A stretch of 15,155 bases of DNA from Desulfurococcaceae archaeon (GCA_038824035.1 JAWBBW010000024.1:1-15155), one strand, 5' to 3'. Positions 7,681 through 15,155 are shown, numbered from the stretch's first letter. Notes: a model not told the origin generated them from the sequence alone. Translations and numbers: made by a program.

Positions 7681-8448
7681 GTGGACTCATTGAAAATCAC
7701 TGTAAAAGACCTGGTAGTTAAGCGCGGCGATAAACCCGTGATAAGGGATATGAATGTTGAATTCCACGGACCAGGTATATATCAAGTGATAGGGCCCAAT
7801 GGTGTTGGCAAAACAACGCTTTTCCACACAATACTTGGTATTGTTAAGCCTGTGAAAGGAGAGGTTTTTGTCATGGATAGGAAAGTCGATAAATCAAGTG
7901 ATCTAAAGGGGGTGGTTGCATATATGCCACAGGATTTCATAATACCACCCGACATCGCTATCACGGTTTACGAATTCGTCGAGACCGGCTTAAAACTATA
8001 CACCAAGTGGCCAAGGCTTCTACGTAGTGCGCCCAGCACTGTCAACGTAGAGAACGCCTTGGAATCAGTAGGTATAAATAGGTATTTATGGGATAGGAAA
8101 TTATCCCATCTATCTGGTGGAGAGCTCAAGAGGGTTTTATTGGCTAGGGCCATAGCCGTCAACGCGCCGATAATGATCCTCGATGAGCCTTTCTCGGGCA
8201 TAGACCCTGGTGGTAGAATATCAATCGCGGAGGTCTTAGCCAATATCTCTAGGTCTAAGTTGTTATTAATATCTAACCACGACCCAGTGTTATTGCTTGA
8301 AAACACAAATAAGATCCTGGTAATGGGTTTTGGGGAATACATATACGGGGATCCAATTAGTGTATTGAATAATGAGGAATTAGCGAAGATCTATGGTGGC
8401 TGTGTCAAGGTTGTTGAAAAACATATGCATATATCTGATTGGCACTGA
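7681..8448 (+). CDS. znuC: Metal ABC transporter ATP-binding protein
   Basis: Walker A GPNGVGKTT, Q-loop YMPQ, signature LSGGE, Walker B ILDEPFSGID, H-loop SNHD; divergent from the znuA/znuB-like genes. Confidence 0.9.
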   Translation: MDSLKITVKDLVVKRGDKPVIRDMNVEFHGPGIYQVIGPNGVGKTTLFHTILGIVKPVKGEVFVMDRKVDKSSDLKGVVAYMPQDFIIPPDIAITVYEFVETGLKLYTKWPRLLRSAPSTVNVENALESVGINRYLWDRKLSHLSGGELKRVLLARAIAVNAPIMILDEPFSGIDPGGRISIAEVLANISRSKLLLISNHDPVLLLENTNKILVMGFGEYIYGDPISVLNNEELAKIYGGCVKVVEKHMHISDWH

Positions 8449-8575
8449 GCTCCATCCTATATACGTCTTTAATAACAGGCCATAATGTTTAAAAGCCTTT
8501 CAAATATCATTAATTTCAAAACAGTAATATATGACAATATATAGATGTAATAAGCTATTATATAGGCGATGATTT

Positions 8576-9826
8576 GTGAATATCAGGATATATAGCTCTA
8601 CTAGCAATATATATGAGAAAGGGAAGAGACTTTGGTACATGGAATCATCTCTATATAACTACTCAATAAACATATCAATGGGTATTGTGAACGCACTTGT
8701 CATAAAGATACTGGGTTACGGAGTGGTTGAGCTTGGTTTACTCACATTTCTGAGATTACTCGCCATAGCGTTGAGCCAGTTCCCGGCAGTTTATTTAACA
8801 ATGTTTCATAGGGATAAACGTAAATGGGTATGGTTCATCCTAGGCAGTGTCAACAGGGTTGGATGGGCATTAATGATTATCTCGATTTTCCTGCCGAGAG
8901 GAATAGACCTTGTTTACATCTTTACATTGACATTCATAGCTCAGTTTACCGGGGGTATTGCCGGGGTCGCCGCGTCAGACACCATTGGTGACTTGATCCC
9001 GCCATCCATGTCTACACTGGTTTTTGCACGTGTTAATCAATTCAATTACATGGCCACGGCGATGTCATATGTGACAACTGTTTTGGTTTTCATCTCGCCG
9101 TTCGATAGTGTGACAAGGTATATCATCGCGTACATGGTGGCGTTATCGGCCGCCATGGCCTCGGCTATTATATTATATTTTATCCCTGATCCCGAAATCA
9201 CGGATTCACCCAGGGTGATGGGTGTTAGGAATGGTGATGTGGTTTTATTCAAAGACATCATCGCTGAGAAGAAGTTGAGGAATTACCTGACAGTGATATC
9301 GATGTTCAATTTCGCTGTCAACATACCTGCGGCTTTCTGGGATTACATAGTCTTGAACGTGACAAATGGAATGGAGGTCTTCATAGTGTTGAAAAACATT
9401 GTAAACCTTGGCATAAAGTTCACTGGCATGAAATGGTGGCAGAGATATGTTATGAAAATAGGCGTTAAGAAGGCGTTTGTCCGTGGATTAGCTTTCACAA
9501 GCTTAATCCCGATCGCGTATATCGAGGTGATATCTCCAATGGAGATCATAGGAATAGAGGTCTACAGTGGGTTTACATGGATACCCGTGGATCTCGGGTC
9601 AATGATCTACAATATATACTTGCCACCAAGTAGTGCTAGGCCAGTTTATGTATCCACAATCAACTTGGCCACTAATCTAGTGTCTAGTATAGCGTCATAT
9701 GTCGGTACCTCGATAGCTATGTCCACGGGTAGTGTGATCCCGGTTTTAATAGCCTCCGGGGTTCTGAGGGGTGTAACAGCTGGAATCGCTAGTAGGATTT
9801 TGCCTGAAATAAATAAGGAGAAATAA
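8576..9826 (+). CDS. MFS transporter
   Basis: 416 aa, about 12 hydrophobic segments in two halves with a central hydrophilic loop; IGDLIPPSM and YLPPSSARPVYVS resemble MFS motifs. Confidence 0.8.
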   Translation: MNIRIYSSTSNIYEKGKRLWYMESSLYNYSINISMGIVNALVIKILGYGVVELGLLTFLRLLAIALSQFPAVYLTMFHRDKRKWVWFILGSVNRVGWALMIISIFLPRGIDLVYIFTLTFIAQFTGGIAGVAASDTIGDLIPPSMSTLVFARVNQFNYMATAMSYVTTVLVFISPFDSVTRYIIAYMVALSAAMASAIILYFIPDPEITDSPRVMGVRNGDVVLFKDIIAEKKLRNYLTVISMFNFAVNIPAAFWDYIVLNVTNGMEVFIVLKNIVNLGIKFTGMKWWQRYVMKIGVKKAFVRGLAFTSLIPIAYIEVISPMEIIGIEVYSGFTWIPVDLGSMIYNIYLPPSSARPVYVSTINLATNLVSSIASYVGTSIAMSTGSVIPVLIASGVLRGVTAGIASRILPEINKEK

Positions 9827-9845
9827 TTATAGGCCAAGACAACAC

Positions 9846-9874
9846 TTTAAACCCATATAGGTAAAAATGGGTTT
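9846..9874 (+). promoter_or_regulatory. TATA box and inverted repeat upstream of nreA
   Basis: TTTAAA 9846-9851, 28 nt before ATG 9879; AAACCCAT (9849-9856)-N10-ATGGGTTT (9867-9874). Confidence 0.5.
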
Positions 9875-9878
9875 GTGG

Positions 9879-11132
9879 ATGAGTAATCGTCTAGTTTTCA
9901 ATGGATCGATGTGTATCACATGCAGGGGAAAGGGTTTATGCGGTCTTGCATATTGCCCTGTCATAGCCAAGGCTAAGGCTAGTTTGAGGCTCAGGAACGT
10001 GGCTTTGTCAAATGTTATCGAGGGGTCTTCCCCACCCTCCCTTTTTGTGGGTAGAATTGGCTACCCATATGTGAGGGCTGGGCCCTCCACACCTCCTTTA
10101 ATAGGTGACACGGCTATTTTCGATTACCCCGAGAATTGGTTGGGGAAAAGAATTGAAGAGATCCTCGAATACAGGTGGCTACTTGTTACAGGGTTTAAGG
10201 TTGTCGATGTGAGGAAACCGAGTGATAAGGTCCTCGATGAATCCAGGTTAATAGCGCTTAGTTCTAGGCCAGTGGATGTCGTCATTGTTCTTAGCAAGCC
10301 TCCCAAACCCACGATCTCGCTTAACGATCACGAGCCACCACAGGGCCCTCGCTCAATGTTGGAGAACTTAAGGATTCTCAGTAACCCGGTTATCCCTAGG
10401 CCTGTTGACAGGGTTTACAATGATGTCGATCTACCGGCATCAGATGCCGTGGTGTATCTATATGAACACGGTATATCGGTTTCACATATACAGAAGATAC
10501 TAAGCATGGGTGGTCTAGGCGTTAAGGGGCAAAGAAGGCTTGTCCCAACTAGGTGGAGTATCACGGCAGTTGACAGTGTGCTATGTAAGCACCTGGCCAA
10601 GGAGATCAAGAGATATGGCGTTATCAACGAGATAATGGTTTTCGAGAAAAAGATCCACGATAACTTATTCATAGCAATACTGTATCCGGCTAAATGGAGT
10701 TATGAGTGGTTAGAGGCGTGGTGGCCCGGCTCTATTTGGAATCCTGGACAAGGCGATGTCGTCGTGGAGGGGGATTACGAGGACTATTTCGGTAGGACAA
10801 CGTATCCGGGTATAGGTGGTTGTTATTACGCCAGTATGTTGGCTACTCTGGAATACCTGAGGGGCGCTAAGAGACAGGCCTCGGCGATCTTGATGAGGGA
10901 GATCTACCCGGGTTTCAATATACCGATAGGTGTGTGGTTTGTTAGAGAGTCCTGTAGAGCCATGTTTAAATCAGGCCCTGTTCTCAGGACAAACGATCTA
11001 AGGGAGGTCTATGAATTCCTGGATAAGGAAACCAGGTTAGGAGCTGGTAAATGGTTTTCATCTTCAAGGCTGATCCAGAGGATCGCGTGGACTAGGAGGA
11101 TCGGTGAATATTTCAAGCCACGAGGCCCTTGA
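9879..11132 (+). CDS. nreA: Nre family archaeal DNA repair protein (DUF650/DUF651)
   Basis: N-terminal CITCRGKGLCGLAYCP, GSSPPSLFVGRIGYP, RRLVPTRWSITAVD, GGCYYA, REIYPGFNIPIGVWFVRE, and a PIP-like C-terminus. Alternative ATG at 9867. Confidence 0.9.
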   Translation: MSNRLVFNGSMCITCRGKGLCGLAYCPVIAKAKASLRLRNVALSNVIEGSSPPSLFVGRIGYPYVRAGPSTPPLIGDTAIFDYPENWLGKRIEEILEYRWLLVTGFKVVDVRKPSDKVLDESRLIALSSRPVDVVIVLSKPPKPTISLNDHEPPQGPRSMLENLRILSNPVIPRPVDRVYNDVDLPASDAVVYLYEHGISVSHIQKILSMGGLGVKGQRRLVPTRWSITAVDSVLCKHLAKEIKRYGVINEIMVFEKKIHDNLFIAILYPAKWSYEWLEAWWPGSIWNPGQGDVVVEGDYEDYFGRTTYPGIGGCYYASMLATLEYLRGAKRQASAILMREIYPGFNIPIGVWFVRESCRAMFKSGPVLRTNDLREVYEFLDKETRLGAGKWFSSSRLIQRIAWTRRIGEYFKPRGP

Positions 11133-11148
11133 AATCCAGGTGTTCACA

Positions 11149-11955
11149 GTGGTTTTTAGGAAATTCCTGGTTCACAGCGTTTTCGTTGACAAGGCTCTCT
11201 CTAAGTCGGGTCTACCGGATTTAACATATGCGTTAAACCCATATATCGGTTGTTCTCATGGATGTGTATACTGTTACGCCAGGCTATACACGAGGGATAA
11301 GAGGGTCTCCGAGAACTGGGGTAGAATCGTACTGGTGAAAGAGAATTTGCCGAAAGTGCTTGAGTGGGAAACGAGGGCGTTGAGAAAAGGAGTGGTTGGT
11401 GTTGGCACAATAACGGATGCTTATCAACCAGTGGAAGCGGTATACAGGGTTACGAGGAGGTGTTTAGAGATATTGTTGAAAGCTGGTTTCGAGATCAGTA
11501 TACAGACGAAAAACCCCCTTGTACTCAGGGATATGGACCTCCTAGCTGAGCACAGGGATAAAATAGACATAGGGTTCACGATAACCAGCCTGGATAGAGA
11601 GGTGGCTAGGTTTATAGAGCCGAACTCGCCATCGCCGATGTCAAGGGCTAATGCATTACGCGAGATCAGGGAGATTGGTATTAAGACCTGGTTATTCTAC
11701 GGCCCCATAATACCTGGTCTAAACGATGATTACGAAACCATGAAAGCCATTACCGAGATCGCCGCTGACACGGGTTCAACGCTATACTATGACCCGCTCC
11801 ACGTTAAAGCGTTCATGAGGGATCAAAAGCACCCACTTAACCCATATCTATACAGGATGACGAGTAATTGGAGAAAACAATTAGAAAAAAAGCTCATAAA
11901 CTTATGTATGAAACATGGGTTAACGTGTAAACCAGGTTTCAGGGGGGATGCATAG
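11149..11955 (+). CDS. Radical SAM protein, spore photoproduct lyase-like family
   Basis: LNPYIGCSHGCVYCYA (CxxxCxxC), GTITDAYQPVE, IQTK..LVLRD, EP...P..R, PIIPGLND. GTG 11149 has AGGTG 6 nt upstream (ORF track start 11104). Confidence 0.85.
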   Translation: MVFRKFLVHSVFVDKALSKSGLPDLTYALNPYIGCSHGCVYCYARLYTRDKRVSENWGRIVLVKENLPKVLEWETRALRKGVVGVGTITDAYQPVEAVYRVTRRCLEILLKAGFEISIQTKNPLVLRDMDLLAEHRDKIDIGFTITSLDREVARFIEPNSPSPMSRANALREIREIGIKTWLFYGPIIPGLNDDYETMKAITEIAADTGSTLYYDPLHVKAFMRDQKHPLNPYLYRMTSNWRKQLEKKLINLCMKHGLTCKPGFRGDA

Positions 11956-12053
11956 TTAAAACAGCTAGCACACTAGTGATCAGAGGTGTAACAAAGACTA
12001 TGAAGAGTTTCAAATAAATACCGATAATCAAAATCCTATAGACATGATATCAA

Positions 12054-12131
12054 GGGCCCGTCGCCTAGCCAGGATAGGGCGCCGGCCTCCGGAGCCGGAG
12101 GACCCGGGTTCAAATCCCGGCGGGCCCGCCA
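12054..12131 (+). tRNA. tRNA-Arg (anticodon CCG), intronless, CCA encoded
   Basis: Acceptor GGGCCCG/CGGGCCC, D arm GCCTAGCCAGGATAGGGC, anticodon arm CCGGC-CTCCGGA-GCCGG (CCG at 12089-12091), T arm CCGGG-TTCAAAT-CCCGG, G-CCA end. Confidence 0.97.
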
Positions 12132-12136
12132 GTTTT

Positions 12137-12227
12137 CAATCACTCAAGTAAAAAAGCTTGTTAACTTTAAATGTTTTAGTTTCATAGTGTATAGTGAACC
12201 ATTAGGTGTGATGGTTTTGAGTGATTG
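12137..12227. repeat. 11-bp perfect inverted repeat
   Basis: CAATCACTCAA (12137-12147) and TTGAGTGATTG (12217-12227). Confidence 0.75.
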
Positions 12228-13024
12228 TTGTTCTAAGTGGTGAAAAAGAGTAGATGTTTTGGAGCTGGATGAAGATTCTCGTTATAGAGTTTTCTATTAT
12301 ATTGTTGAGATGTATGAGTATGAAGGTGATGGAAGAGTTGGGGTTAGCCGTATAACACTGTAAAGGTTGTTAGAGCAGGAATCTCTGTCAAGCCAAAGTA
12401 CATAGCTCGACTACTGCGATTACTTACATTAGGTGAGTTTTAGTGTGCTGTAGGAGGCATGCTCAGGTCGCTTAGTATATTGAGGAATGATGAAACAATA
12501 CACTATAGCTTAATCTTAGAGATAGTGAATATGGTGAGAGGTAATGAGTATCTTAAGAACACTATACTGAGGTTTGTTATTCAAGAGTTTAAAGAAGATA
12601 TTAAGAAAATGCTTGGGATAAGCTTCATAAGCATAAAGTTTGAGTGAAGATTTTGAAAACTTTCTATCAAAGAGAAAAACGTAAAAAGGTAAGAGACCCA
12701 GAAACAATAAGCTACTATAGAAGTCTATTCAAGAAATACCTAGAGGAAAAAGAATTATCAGAAGAAATCGTAGAGTACGTAGCTAAGCATAAGAACGAGT
12801 GGCTTAGGAATGTGCTTAGACACTATATACAGTACCTATGCCATAGAATGAGAACCTCACCTTAAACATTTAGCTGAATAATGGAGGTAACTCCCTCAAG
12901 AAGATATAAACTAGATGTCAGACCATACCAAATCTTCCTGGAGAACGTTAGGAAGACCATAAGCTACCTAAAGGAAAACTACAAAATATACTACACAGCA
13001 TATAGAGCAATACTAGGGTTAAGG
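12211..13024 (+). pseudogene. Crenarchaeal tyrosine integrase pseudogene, truncated at the first catalytic box
   Basis: ATG 12211 after AGGTG. Stitched translation: W*KRVDV..DEDSRYRV, GVSRITL*RLLE, VKPKY, NEYLKNTILRFVIQEFKEDIKKMLG, SEDFENFL, KVRDPETISYYRSLFKKYLE, WLRNVLRHYIQYL, PSRRYKLDVRPYQI, YRAILGLR. Stops at 12241, 12361, 12441, 12863, 12875 plus frameshifts. Confidence 0.8.
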
Positions 13025-13029
13025 TATCG

Positions 13030-13207
13030 GGTAACAGCGAGAGGCTGTGTCAGAGTTTATGCTGATTATGCAAAGCATCACAGCCTCTCTAAAACCCTCA
13101 TAGAGTACTACTTCAACCTATCCCTATATCATCTTAGGAGAGGTGATGGATTTAAGGCAGGGTTCATGCTCAGGAGAGCTCTACACATCCAAGAAAGAGC
13201 TCCCTGA
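13030..13207 (+). pseudogene. Internal fragment resembling zinc-dependent phospholipase C / P1-nuclease family
   Basis: KHH...LIEYYFNLSLYHLRRGDGFKAGFMLRRALHIQE resembles a degenerate AGFxLGxALHYxQD motif; no own start, fused in frame to the integrase stump. Confidence 0.4.
13039..13089. repeat. 11-bp perfect inverted repeat
   Basis: GAGAGGCTGTG (13039-13049) and CACAGCCTCTC (13079-13089), 29-nt spacer. Confidence 0.7.
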
Positions 13208-13297
13208 ACATATTCGGCAATCTGAAGGATATCTATCCACCTACCATACCTAACCAGGCTTAAAGAGGCTACGAAAGAATTAAAGGGTTGGAATTCC

Positions 13298-13504
13298 TTA
13301 CTGCTCATCTCCATAATACTTGATCGCTGAGGAGGGGCAGATTTTCTGGCAACCCCTGCATAGCTCAACGCAGTTATCCGGTTTAACCACCACCGGCTTC
13401 CCGTCAGCGCCTAGGCCGTACACCCCGTGTGGGCAGAAGTTATAGCATGTTAGGCACCCACTGCACTTCTCGTAATTTATTATTGGATACCAGTTCCTAG
13501 TCAA
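13298..13504 (-). CDS. 2x[4Fe-4S] ferredoxin
   Basis: CSGCLTCYNFCP and CVELCRGCQKICP. TTG 13504 is preceded by a GAGGTG Shine-Dalgarno (ORF track start 13519). Confidence 0.9.
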   Translation of the reverse strand: MTRNWYPIINYEKCSGCLTCYNFCPHGVYGLGADGKPVVVKPDNCVELCRGCQKICPSSAIKYYGDEQ

Positions 13505-13515
13505 ACCTAAACACC

Positions 13516-13878
13516 TCACGCACTCATAGCTTCCTCAATAGCCTTGATGGCTTCCTCAGTACTCATGTTCCTTATTTCAACACCTCTAAACTTAGACTCA
13601 TCGAAACCCAACTCTCGGAAAACCCATCCGAACATCTTCTGCTGCATTACTGGATCGCAGCCAGCCACTATAACCCTTTCAACGTCCCAGTTACCGCTCA
13701 GCAACGCCCTCCAAAAGTTATCGCCATCGGTTGCGCAGAGTTGCGGGTGAATCACTACGAAGTCAACTTTCTTATTCCTTCTGAAATAGTTGACTACTTC
13801 AAAAACATTCATCTTATGAAACGACGGACACGTGCCTTGACAAACGCAAACGATTAAACCCTTTATGTGTACCACCAT
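13516..13878 (-). CDS. Stand-alone heterodisulfide reductase subunit A N-terminal-like Fe-S protein
   Basis: GLIVCVCQGTC, HPQLCATDG, RVIVAGCDP, GVEIRN parallel the HdrA N-terminal pattern (CxC, LC, VVAAC.P, NIRE); 120 aa, no FAD domain. Confidence 0.75.
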   Translation of the reverse strand: MVVHIKGLIVCVCQGTCPSFHKMNVFEVVNYFRRNKKVDFVVIHPQLCATDGDNFWRALLSGNWDVERVIVAGCDPVMQQKMFGWVFRELGFDESKFRGVEIRNMSTEEAIKAIEEAMSA

Positions 13879-13902
13879 TTATACGGATACATGGTATACT
13901 CA

Positions 13903-13910
13903 TATATAAA
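13903..13910 (-). promoter_or_regulatory. TATA box of the HdrA-like/ferredoxin operon
   Basis: TTTATATA on the minus strand about 25 nt upstream of ATG 13878 (leaderless spacing). Confidence 0.65.
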
Positions 13911-13924
13911 CCTTCTACACCATA

Positions 13925-14026
13925 GCACTCTATCTGAGATTGAGTTATGAAATAGCCTCCTGCGCTTCTAACGATTAAACCAGCTATCGCTAACGCTATT
14001 GAGATCTTTGAAGCATCTACTTTCAA
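13925..14026 (-). pseudogene. N-terminal remnant of a membrane-anchored protein
   Basis: MKVDASKISIALAIAGLIVRSAGGYFITQSQIE looks like a signal anchor, then runs into the HdrA-like promoter. Confidence 0.35.
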
Positions 14027-14070
14027 AAATACTAAGAAGTACGTAAAGTAGTGATACAGAGGGGGTTTGA

Positions 14071-14895
14071 ATGAGGAGAAACCCGGTTTCAGTCTTAGTT
14101 ATGCTGACCTTAGCTTTGGGTTTAATGGTGTCCTCCGGATCGCTCGGCTTAGGCGATCCACGCAACCGATTCTCGCTCCAGAAAACTTCACAGTTACTTC
14201 AGGTGATAGCCTTACGTTTACAGCCACCTTGCTTTTGGATGGCGTATCCCTGGCTGGTAAAACCACCATCTTCTCGGCTACTCTTGGGATCATTAATCCA
14301 TCCGTAGGCGTGACGGACGCCAACGGTAAGGCTTCGTTTGTCTACACGGCTCCGCAAAACTAGTTGGGATCTACGTGAACATCACAGCCACCTTTGCTGG
14401 CTCTTCGCAATACGAGGGCAGTACTGCGGTTGCCTCAGGAATCGTTGAGCCCGCGCCTTCGCTAGCACCTCTACCAACACTTCCGTCGATGACCCTTATA
14501 GGAACTTCATTCGCCGTTCCTGAAACGCTGGAGGATGATATATCCTCATACAGGAACTTCGCTCCAAGTGATATTATGAAGGCACTGTCAACCAGTTTAC
14601 CTTCAGAAGCCTTCCCGCTGGCAACTAATGAAAGCCTCTACTTGGTTTTTGCTGAGCAAAGCAGTAATGGGGCTTAGCCAAAGTGAATGGTTGGCTTTTG
14701 CCGACGCACATTCAGCTTGCAGGTTTAAACATAGCTGTTGTTGTTGCTAAACAGGTCACCTTTATGAAAGAAGGTCCACCAACAATTCTTAGTGAAATCT
14801 TAGCAAATCCGGAAGGTTTTCATATTTCAACATCGTTTGTACAACACACCACAAAGCTTATAAAGTTCACCGAACTAGCGGAGCCATCCCACTAA
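14071..14895 (+). pseudogene. Secreted Ig-like (Big_1/invasin-type) domain protein, three frameshifts, probably truncated
   Basis: Signal peptide MRRNPVSVLVMLTLALGLMVSSG; shift near 14158 to SLTFTATL..DG..LAGKT..FSATLG...TDANGKASFVYTAP; shift near 14360 to VNITATFAGSSQYEGS; shift near 14670 to GLAKVNGWLLP. Confidence 0.7.
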
Positions 14896-15039
14896 TTATG
14901 GCGATGACGCCTAAGACTGTTGAGACTACCGGAATAACTATAGGCGCCAGCATACAAACCCCAAGCAAGAACAGTCCAGCTAAAGCCAGCAGGGGCATCT
15001 TAGGATTCCAACGACAAAAATGAGGATTTCCTTCAACAT
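14867..15039 (-). pseudogene. Small membrane protein remnant with one frameshift
   Basis: AGGAGG (15047-15052) then ATG 15039 MLKEILIFVVGIL; -1 shift near 14995 into LLALAGLFLLGVCMLAPIVIPVVSTVLGVIAIISG. Confidence 0.45.
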
Positions 15040-15155
15040 TTCTTAGCCTCCTTTTAGGTATAAGTTTCTGAAGCCTACACACGCATTTAGACGGTGGTTT
15101 AGAGCTGGGCAATCGCAGGAGCAATCTACTGGCTTAGAAGAAGGAAGGAGAAGTA

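Larger units (their letters stand above)
12132..15155. mobile_element. Decayed integrated element / genomic island at tRNA-Arg(CCG); right end not seen
   Basis: Integrase pseudogene starts 80 bp after the tRNA, followed by several frameshifted or truncated genes, in contrast to the mostly intact genes upstream. Confidence 0.7.

Noticed and set aside
74-11549. Many short ORFs antisense to or nested in long genes (e.g. 74-283, 1496-1918, 2885-3163, 6665-7096, 7232-7549, 7968-8342, 10415-10672)
   Set aside because: Shadows of well-supported genes, with no motifs or independent start signals.
12459-13207. ORFs 12459-12647, 12644-12865 and 12881-13207 as independent genes or a toxin-antitoxin set
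   Set aside because: They are consecutive fragments of one integrase pseudogene, the last fused to an unrelated fragment.
13849-13981. 12-bp direct repeat AACGATTAAACC at 13849-13860 and 13970-13981
   Set aside because: Both copies encode GLIV in minus-strand frames, with nothing element-like between them; probably coincidence.
12132-15155. att direct repeat of the tRNA 3' end
   Set aside because: No second copy of CCCGGCGGGCCCGCCA found by eye in the window.
1-15155. CRISPR array, rRNA, IS transposase or tRNA intron
   Set aside because: No regularly spaced 24-40 bp repeats, rRNA-like tract, transposase motif or bulge-helix-bulge insertion seen.

Overview
Archaeal chromosomal window; gene content, TATA/leaderless promoters and the integrase family suggest a crenarchaeote, probably Desulfurococcales-like (inference). 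Bases 1-12131 are mostly core-type genes. In order: the 3' end of a membrane-anchored protein, an unknown membrane protein, a queuosine-salvage (QNG1)/HhH-GPD-like protein with an EndoIII-like Fe-S Cys motif plus a coupled small wHTH-like protein, and a doubly frameshifted orphan sugar-binding protein. Next is a divergent ZnuABC-type metal ABC locus whose minus-strand operon also encodes a non-canonical NikR-like RHH regulator and a SAM methyltransferase; two TGTGCACA palindromes sit in the tiny shared promoter. Then come an MFS transporter, an nreA + SPL-like radical SAM pair and tRNA-Arg(CCG). From 12132 on lies a decayed integrated element: an integrase pseudogene and several gene remnants around an intact HdrA-N-terminal-like protein + 2[4Fe-4S] ferredoxin cassette. 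Family assignments come from motif recognition only; no searches were run.
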